A stretch of DNA of 64,000 nt from an uncultured Gammaproteobacteria bacterium (lineage in GTDB: Bacteria; Patescibacteriota; Microgenomatia; PFEM01; JAPLYW01). Below the pieces are notes generated by a model. It made no database searches. It had not been told where the DNA came from and saw nothing but the letters and a program-made list of their open reading frames with translations. The stretch covers positions 304,749 to 368,748 of the forward strand of contig OZ246397.1 in the NCBI GenBank assembly GCA_965230945.1. The letters are read 5' to 3'. A program made the position numbers and the translations under genes. Of this stretch, positions 57,704-64,000 are shown piece by piece. Positions within the stretch are counted from its first letter, which is position 1, and each line of letters opens with the position of its first letter.

Positions 57704-59719
57704 ATGGAAAAAACCTATCAGCCTCAAAAAACTGAAAAAAAAATTTATCGCCTTTGGGAAAAGAAAGATTATTTTAAACCCCAAGAAGGGATAAAAGGCA
57801 AAAAACCTTTTGTCATCACTCTCCCACCTCCTAATGTTACCGGTAAACTTCATCTGGGTCAGGCCATGTATGTCTTGGAAGATATTATGGTTCGTTACCA
57901 CCGTATGCTCGGTGAACCAACTCTCTGGCTGCCTGGTTTTGACCATGCCTCTATTATTGTCGAGCATTTGGTCGTTAAAGAACTTAAAAAAGAAGGTAAA
58001 AGTAAGAAAGAACTCGGTAGAGAAAAATTCTTAAAGGAAGCTCAAAAATTTGCCTTAGACTCAAAAAAGACCATCAAAAACCAACTTAAATCAATGGGTT
58101 TTTCTTTAGACTGGTCAAAAGAAGCCTACACCTTAGATGAGGAAAGATCAGAAGCCGTCAAAGAGGCCTTCAAAAGGCTTTCCGAAAAAGGCCTTATCTA
58201 CCAGGGGGAAAGAATCATTAATTGGTGTTCCCGATGCCAAACAGCTCTCTCTGATTTGGAGAACGATTATCAGGAAGAAAAAGGTCAACTTTATTATATG
58301 AAATATGGCCCTTTTACTTTAGCGACCACTCGCCCAGAAACTAAATTTGGTGATACCGCTGTTGCCATTCATCCCAAAGATAAACGTTATCAAAAATGGA
58401 TTGGTAAAGAATTTACTTATCAATCTTTAGTTGGACCAAAAAAAATGAAGGTCATTGCTGATGAAGCAGTTGACCCTCAATTTGGCACCGGCGTCGTCAA
58501 AGTTACGCCTGGTCATGATCCCAATGACTTTGAAATCGGCCAAAGACACCACTTAAAAACTATTAATGTTATTGACCAAAAAGGACGTTTAACTAAAATA
58601 GCCGGCAGATTTGCTGGCTTAACTGTTGCTGAAGCTAGAAAAAGAGTCGTCGCTGGATTAAAGGAGAAAGGAGACTTAGTTAAAACTGAAGAGATTACTC
58701 ACGCCGTTGGCCACTGTCAACGTTGTGGCATGACGACTGAACCTTTAGTCTCCAAACAATGGTTCATTAAAACTAAACCTTTAGCCAAAGAGGCCATCAA
58801 GGCTGTTAAAGAAGGGAAAATTAAAATTATTCCTAAAAGATTTGAAAAGATTTACTTTAACTGGCTGGAAAATATTCATGATTGGTGTATCTCTCGTCAG
58901 TTATGGTGGGGTCATCCAATACCAATTAAGGGAGAAAGTGATGTTTTAGACACTTGGTTTTCTTCCGGACTTTGGTCCTTTTCAACCTTAGGTTGGCCTA
59001 AAAAAACTCAAGACTATCAAAATTTCTATCCGACGACAACGAGAGAAACGGGATATGATATCCTCTTTTTCTGGGTCGCCAGAGAAATTATGCTTGGTCT
59101 ATTTTTAACTAAAAAAGTTCCTTACAAAACCGTCTATCTACATGGTCTAGTTAGAGATAAACATGGACAAAAAATGAGTAAAAGCAAAGGTAATGTTTTG
59201 GATCCCTTGAACCTAACTAAAAAGCATGGTACTGATGCTCTTAGAATGGCTCTAGTGGTTGGTAATCCCCCGGGAAATGATATTTCTGTAGCCGAAGAAA
59301 AAATTAAGGCCTACAGAAATTTTGCCAATAAAGTTTGGAATGCCTCCCGTTTTATCCTCGATAGAACCAAAGCCAAAAAAGCAAAATCTAATCATCCTGA
59401 TGACCAAAAACTAGAAAAGGCAATTCAAAAAACCATCAAAAAGGTCAATGGCTTTATGGAGCGCTATCGTTTTGATCTGGCCGCGGATGAAGTTTACCAT
59501 TTCTTCTGGCATACCTTTTGCGATAAATATATTGAACAAAGTAAAGATCGTTTTAAAAAAGCACAAGGAACTCTAACTGAAAGCCTGAAGGCCCTTCTAA
59601 AACTCCTCCATCCCTTCATGCCTTTTATAACAGAAGAAATTTGGCAAATCGGTAAAGAAAAGCAACCCCAATTCTTTAAAGAGAAAGCTGCTATCACCGC
59701 AAAATGGCCCAAAGAATAA
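57704..59719 (+). CDS. valS: valyl-tRNA synthetase, compact form (reduced editing domain, no C-terminal coiled coil)
   Basis: 'PPPNVTGKLHLGQA' (HIGH-class), 'TTRPETKFGDTAVAIHPKDKRY', 'KMSKSKGN'. Confidence 0.9.
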   Translation: MEKTYQPQKTEKKIYRLWEKKDYFKPQEGIKGKKPFVITLPPPNVTGKLHLGQAMYVLEDIMVRYHRMLGEPTLWLPGFDHASIIVEHLVVKELKKEGKSKKELGREKFLKEAQKFALDSKKTIKNQLKSMGFSLDWSKEAYTLDEERSEAVKEAFKRLSEKGLIYQGERIINWCSRCQTALSDLENDYQEEKGQLYYMKYGPFTLATTRPETKFGDTAVAIHPKDKRYQKWIGKEFTYQSLVGPKKMKVIADEAVDPQFGTGVVKVTPGHDPNDFEIGQRHHLKTINVIDQKGRLTKIAGRFAGLTVAEARKRVVAGLKEKGDLVKTEEITHAVGHCQRCGMTTEPLVSKQWFIKTKPLAKEAIKAVKEGKIKIIPKRFEKIYFNWLENIHDWCISRQLWWGHPIPIKGESDVLDTWFSSGLWSFSTLGWPKKTQDYQNFYPTTTRETGYDILFFWVAREIMLGLFLTKKVPYKTVYLHGLVRDKHGQKMSKSKGNVLDPLNLTKKHGTDALRMALVVGNPPGNDISVAEEKIKAYRNFANKVWNASRFILDRTKAKKAKSNHPDDQKLEKAIQKTIKKVNGFMERYRFDLAADEVYHFFWHTFCDKYIEQSKDRFKKAQGTLTESLKALLKLLHPFMPFITEEIWQIGKEKQPQFFKEKAAITAKWPKE

Positions 59720-60234
59720 AGATTAAAAAATTTTTTCTCTCTAAGAAATTTCTGAGTTTTAAAAAAGGGACTTATCGATGGATTGGGCCTATTGGGGTAA
59801 GTTTAATCTTCATTCTCATTCTCCTTTCTTTGTTTCTACCTAAAAATAATCTTCAGCTTTTAAAAGAAAAGCTTCTAAAAAATAGCTATCATTTAGAAAA
59901 TAAGCTTAAATTAAGTAAGGCTCTTTTAGAAAGCAATCAATTTAAAACGGCCGGAGAAATTCTTAAAAGCATCCCTTTAACCGAAGATATAAAAACAAGC
60001 CAGCTTTGGCAGGAAAAACATTATTCAGATCCTGAAGACATAAGACAATTAATAAAAATATGGGGAGGAATTACTAAGGATAAGCCTCATTACCGCGACG
60101 GCTATCTTCAATTGGCCATTCTCCATTACAAAATTAAGGAAAAGGAAAAAGCAAGGGGAAATCTGCAAAAAGCTTTAGAAATTGATCCCAATTTTGAACT
60201 GAGCAATAAATTAAAGGAGATTATTTTCCCTTAG
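59704..60234 (+). CDS. membrane-anchored TPR-repeat protein
   Basis: N-terminal TM, then TPR-like helices. Confidence 0.55.
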   Translation: MAQRIKIKKFFLSKKFLSFKKGTYRWIGPIGVSLIFILILLSLFLPKNNLQLLKEKLLKNSYHLENKLKLSKALLESNQFKTAGEILKSIPLTEDIKTSQLWQEKHYSDPEDIRQLIKIWGGITKDKPHYRDGYLQLAILHYKIKEKEKARGNLQKALEIDPNFELSNKLKEIIFP

Positions 60235-60973
60235 ATTTTTCCTGTTTTTGTTCTTCTTGAAGTGACTCCTTAGTTTTCTCCTCCTGAGGCTCCTTCTCTT
60301 CCTCTTTACCTTCTTTTTTCTCCTCCTCTATCCGCTCTTCGCCTTCCTCTGTCACTTCTTCACCCTCCTCTTTTTCCTCTACTGGAGCTACTTCCTCTTC
60401 CTTAGCTGGAGGCTCGATCTTAGCTAAAATCTGCGAAGTATCAGTTAAGGGTCTAACACCTTCGGCTAATTTAACATCAGCTAGTGTAACTGCATCGTCA
60501 ATTTGTTCTAAGCTGGAAATATTTAGCTCTATCTTTTCTGGAAGATCAGCGGGTAAAGCTTCGACCTCAATTTCACTTAAAGGCTGAATTAGAATACCGA
60601 CTTTACCTTTAACGGCTGCTGATTCTCCTACCAATTCTACCGGAATTTTAGCCGTCACTTTTTCTTTTAAGTCTACTTGGTAGAAATCTGCATGGAGGGG
60701 TTCATCACTTACCGAATGATATTGAATATTATGAATTAAAACCGGTCTTACCTTATCTTCTCCCTTAACTTTTAACTCCACCAATCCTGTTTCTCCGACT
60801 CCTTTAAGTATTGGCAGAAATGATTTTAAATCCACTTGCACAGCCAATGATTTAATTTCCTTGCCATAAATATTGGCTGGTAAAATACCCTCCTGACGCA
60901 AAAGCTTAACCTTGTGGCCAATCACTTTTCTCTTTTCAACATTAAGTTTAATTTTATCTTTTTTCGTCAACAT
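60221..60973 (-). CDS. rplY: 50S ribosomal protein L25/general stress protein Ctc with an acidic C-terminal tail
   Basis: 'KLNVEKRKVIGHKVKLLRQEGILPANIYG' is the L25 N-terminal domain. Ctc-type extension. Confidence 0.85.
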   Translation of the reverse strand: MLTKKDKIKLNVEKRKVIGHKVKLLRQEGILPANIYGKEIKSLAVQVDLKSFLPILKGVGETGLVELKVKGEDKVRPVLIHNIQYHSVSDEPLHADFYQVDLKEKVTAKIPVELVGESAAVKGKVGILIQPLSEIEVEALPADLPEKIELNISSLEQIDDAVTLADVKLAEGVRPLTDTSQILAKIEPPAKEEEVAPVEEKEEGEEVTEEGEERIEEEKKEGKEEEKEPQEEKTKESLQEEQKQEKSKGK

Positions 60974-60987
60974 AGATTAGTATCTTA

Positions 60988-63498
60988 TCATCTAACTAAA
61001 TTAATTTCAAATAGTAAATCTTGGTTAAATTGGGGATGAAAAAGAAGACCATCAGTAGTTTGGCTAAAATCCATCGATGAAAACGCTTGTCTATCAGAGG
61101 GTGGCATAAACCAAAGACTGAAAAATTCGTCCTTAATTCCTGGCTGCTTTTGCAGGAAAAACAAATAGCGATTAACTTTTTTACCCAACTTCTCTTTTAA
61201 TCGATAAACTACTTCTAAAGAACGACTTTCCTGAATGGGCACTTCAACGAGAAAACCAAAAATTTGTCTTTCGTGTTCCTCCATCCTTTCTATTTCTTCA
61301 ACCTCCTGAATTTCACCGCTGCTGGGGTTTTTAATATTTACGGAAACCAGTTCTGCTTCTAAGGGAGCATAAATCCTAAGATAGCTTTTGTATCTACCAG
61401 CCGGAAAAGCTTCTGATTGAGAATCGTTACGATAATCAAGCTGTAAAGTCGATTCAACTAAACCATCATCTTGAACCCTTATCTGATGGGACAAGCTTCT
61501 TTTAAGAAAATAATTAGCCTTGTTAATGCCAACGTTAGCTTCTGAAATCAAAAGATAATCAACGAAACAACCTTCTTCTTTTAAACAATTAACATTTTTA
61601 ATACCTCCATCCCAGCCGAGCTCCTGAATAATGGCCGTGGCTTTTGGATTATCCAACCAAATGAGAAAATCTTTAGCAATTAAGCCAGGGTAAACATTCT
61701 TAGCTAAAGTGAATAAAGTTTTTTGATCACTTTCTTTAAGTTTCTCAAACAAAACTCGAGCTACTCCACCTAAAAAATCTTGCTTTTGGGTAGAGCCTGG
61801 AAAGAAATTTATTTCTGAATAATATTCGGCTCTGTCAAAGAAATTATCGGCATTAATTTTTTCTTGATAATCTGGAAGTTGAATTTCGCCAGTAGCCTGA
61901 AGCACTTTTTGAGCTAAGAAAAGATTAATTCCCAAAACTCCATCAACGCTTCTACCCGTCTCTTTTTCAAAAAACCAACTAGCTTTTATGGCCGAGCTAG
62001 GAAAATCAATGTCCCAATTAGAATCGCGTAAATACCAACCGGCTTCTCCCAAATATTTTTTAAGGTCTTCGGGTGGTTCAACGTGGCCTTTTAACTGACC
62101 ATCAGCCACATAAACATCATGAACTTCAAAATCAGTTAACTGTCCCTCATTAAAAGTCAAAATTCCATAGGAACCAATAAAGCCGCCTGTTGGCCTTAAC
62201 TCGCTGCTGTTTTGAAAAAGCACCAAATAGGTCTGCTTTTTGTCCAAACCAATTAACTCTGGCAAGAGTTCAATTCCTTTTCTAGCCTGAAGAAGTAAAT
62301 TTCTTACCCTGGCCACCTCTTTGATACTTCCTTCATTAGAAAATTGTCCTTCTACTAAGGAAAGGCGATTAAAGCTTTTCTCAAGATCTAATTTGATCTC
62401 CACAATTAAATCTCTCACATTAGCTGGTTCTTTTTGAAAAACAGCCTTTGCCAAAACACTGGCTCTATCAGCAGCTTTGATAAGGCTATTAATCCCCTCA
62501 GCGGCCGTCTTCCCCAAGAAAAATAAATTATTTATCCGACCGGCTTTGCTTTCGCTTACAAACTCAAAAATCCGACTCAATTGAACTGACTGCTGCTGTC
62601 CTTTTTTAAAAAAGTCCTGAGCCGTAGCTGCTTTTTTACCAGCACTAGTCAGATTACCTTCCAAAACTAAAGTCTGGGCTTGTTTAAGATAACGACTCCC
62701 CAAAAGCCCGTAAAAAGCCAAGGAAGTAAAAGGATAACTGATCAACAAAAACAAGAGAACAACAAGTAAAAGCCGCCAATACTTCATTGATACCCTTATT
62801 GATACCCTTCTAGAAGGCGAAGCTTGTTCTTCTTCTTTTGTTCTTTTAAATATCTCCCTTAAAGGGAAAGGTTTTTTAAATAAAGACTCTTTAACGACTA
62901 GTTTTTCCTTTTCAAAATATTCTTCAACTTGATTAAGTCCTCTTTTTAAACTTACCTTTGGCTTCCATCCTAATCTCTTATCTTCTTCCATTAAAGAAAA
63001 AGTTTGTTTGGCTGTTCCTCCGCCAAACATGGCCTTAAGTAAACCATAAATAAAATCTGAGACAAAAAGTGGTTGGATACCAAAACCTTGGTAACTCTTC
63101 TTAAGATGCTGATAATCTTCTTCCGGCATCCCCGGGCCATAAACATGAGAGAAACGGACCAACCTGACATCTTTTTTCTTCTCTTGAGAGTATTTGAAAA
63201 TTTTGTTTTCCAATAAGCTTTGATTTGAGGAAAATCCTAAAGCGAACAAAAATTTTGTTCCTTCGTCTGGCAAATCTAAAAGTTTTTTTATCTGCGGGAA
63301 ATCTTGACTAAAACAAAAAATGTAATCAAAAGTTTTAAATTCTTCTTTACTTATCTGGTCGCTAAAGAACTCCACCTGACAACCATACATCAACAAAGCC
63401 TTTTTTAAAAACGAGTCAACAAAATCCTTGGTTTTAACAATTAAAGCGACGGGTTTTTCTTTTGTTTCTTTAAGTTTGTGAAAAACTGTTTCATCCAT
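60988..63498 (-). CDS. Large membrane protein with a cytoplasmic degenerate NAD-epimerase-like N-domain, one TM, and an extracellular DUF4012-like domain
   Basis: 'VRFSHVYGPGM' is epimerase-like but there is no GxxGxxG. TM 'LLLVVLLFLLISYPFTSLAFYGLL'. 'PTGGFIGSYGIL' resembles DUF4012. Confidence 0.65.
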   Translation of the reverse strand: MDETVFHKLKETKEKPVALIVKTKDFVDSFLKKALLMYGCQVEFFSDQISKEEFKTFDYIFCFSQDFPQIKKLLDLPDEGTKFLFALGFSSNQSLLENKIFKYSQEKKKDVRLVRFSHVYGPGMPEEDYQHLKKSYQGFGIQPLFVSDFIYGLLKAMFGGGTAKQTFSLMEEDKRLGWKPKVSLKRGLNQVEEYFEKEKLVVKESLFKKPFPLREIFKRTKEEEQASPSRRVSIRVSMKYWRLLLVVLLFLLISYPFTSLAFYGLLGSRYLKQAQTLVLEGNLTSAGKKAATAQDFFKKGQQQSVQLSRIFEFVSESKAGRINNLFFLGKTAAEGINSLIKAADRASVLAKAVFQKEPANVRDLIVEIKLDLEKSFNRLSLVEGQFSNEGSIKEVARVRNLLLQARKGIELLPELIGLDKKQTYLVLFQNSSELRPTGGFIGSYGILTFNEGQLTDFEVHDVYVADGQLKGHVEPPEDLKKYLGEAGWYLRDSNWDIDFPSSAIKASWFFEKETGRSVDGVLGINLFLAQKVLQATGEIQLPDYQEKINADNFFDRAEYYSEINFFPGSTQKQDFLGGVARVLFEKLKESDQKTLFTLAKNVYPGLIAKDFLIWLDNPKATAIIQELGWDGGIKNVNCLKEEGCFVDYLLISEANVGINKANYFLKRSLSHQIRVQDDGLVESTLQLDYRNDSQSEAFPAGRYKSYLRIYAPLEAELVSVNIKNPSSGEIQEVEEIERMEEHERQIFGFLVEVPIQESRSLEVVYRLKEKLGKKVNRYLFFLQKQPGIKDEFFSLWFMPPSDRQAFSSMDFSQTTDGLLFHPQFNQDLLFEINLVR

Positions 63499-63521
63499 CT
63501 TAAATTAATGACGTGAAATAA

Positions 63522-63947
63522 CTAAGAAATATTTTTGTCTAATGTTTGGTTAACTAATAAATCCGCTTCCTTGTTCATTTGACGAGAGATAAAACGATAG
63601 AAAAAATTAGCACCAATCTCTCTTTCCAATCCCCTTACCTGAATAATTAAATCAACTAACTTCGCGTCTTTAATTTTATAAAAACCATTTAACTGACTAA
63701 CAACTAATTTTGAATCGAGAAAAAAAATGAAATCAGCCTCTGTTTTTTTAAAATCTTTCCTAAGCCATTTTAAGGCTTCAATGACTCCTGAATATTCGGC
63801 TATATTATTGGTCGTTTGACCAAGAAACTTTCCAAAGCTTTTTATCTTCTTTTTGTGCTTATCTTTAATAACGACACCAATTGCCCCTAGTCCAGGATTG
63901 CCCCTTGATCCCCCATCCGTAAAAATAAAAAAAGTTTCTTTAGCCAT
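63522..63947 (-). CDS. rnhA: ribonuclease HI
   Basis: 'IFTDGGSRGNPG', 'TNNIAEYSGVIEAL', and a C-terminal Asp. Confidence 0.9.
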   Translation of the reverse strand: MAKETFFIFTDGGSRGNPGLGAIGVVIKDKHKKKIKSFGKFLGQTTNNIAEYSGVIEALKWLRKDFKKTEADFIFFLDSKLVVSQLNGFYKIKDAKLVDLIIQVRGLEREIGANFFYRFISRQMNKEADLLVNQTLDKNIS

Positions 63948-64000
63948 TTTAGAAAATTTTTCCTTTCTCTTTAATTAATTGGAGTAGTGTTTTTGGAAAA

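Overview
Low-GC window (about 35-40% by eye) with a compact, mostly housekeeping gene set. The short IF-2, HrcA, MetRS and ValRS, a DnaJ without a zinc finger, a Lon with a short N-terminus, and an archaeal/eukaryotic-type DRG GTPase suggest a reduced-genome, Patescibacteria/CPR-like bacterium. That lineage call is inference only.

Core content:
- lon(partial)-pnp-rpsO, then an ispE-like GHMP kinase, a degenerate DHH-like gene, infB and nusA, with a terminator-like palindrome in the nusA leader.
- hrcA-grpE-dnaK-dnaJ and groES-groEL, each preceded by a degenerate CIRCE-like inverted repeat.
- murJ, rpsT, metG, tatD, tsaD, valS, rplY, rnhA, ychF, a tRNA-Cys(GCA), a UvrD-like helicase, a UvrD-helicase/Fe-S nuclease fusion next to rmuC, and an orphan proB.

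Accessory-looking content:
1. A surface-protein cluster downstream of pilN/pilO-like genes (18.7-21.9 kb). Three adjacent secreted or anchored proteins share a post-TM 'QRQEIRK' motif and/or a C-terminal '[LV]PxxG[FY]xxPTF + TM' LPXTG-like anchor. One carries three tandem copies of an unrecognised 6-Cys module with about 105 bp identical DNA between copies.
2. A cell-envelope glycan cluster (38.8-45.8 kb) with a GT2, two ArnT/PMT-like GT-C enzymes, a MraY/WecA-like GT4 and a UbiA-family DPPR-synthase-like prenyltransferase, suggesting polyprenyl-phosphate-pentose chemistry. A second GT-C island follows an FAD oxidoreductase (21.9-26.8 kb).
3. A 34-bp direct repeat, one mismatch, found twice immediately 3' of co-oriented genes. 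It brackets an HD-domain gene plus a truncated, higher-GC amino-acid-kinase-like gene.
4. A Pol-beta-type nucleotidyltransferase in an operon with a small ORF, a ZIP transporter and a secreted protein.

No CRISPR array, no obvious transposase or integrase, and no rRNA in the window.
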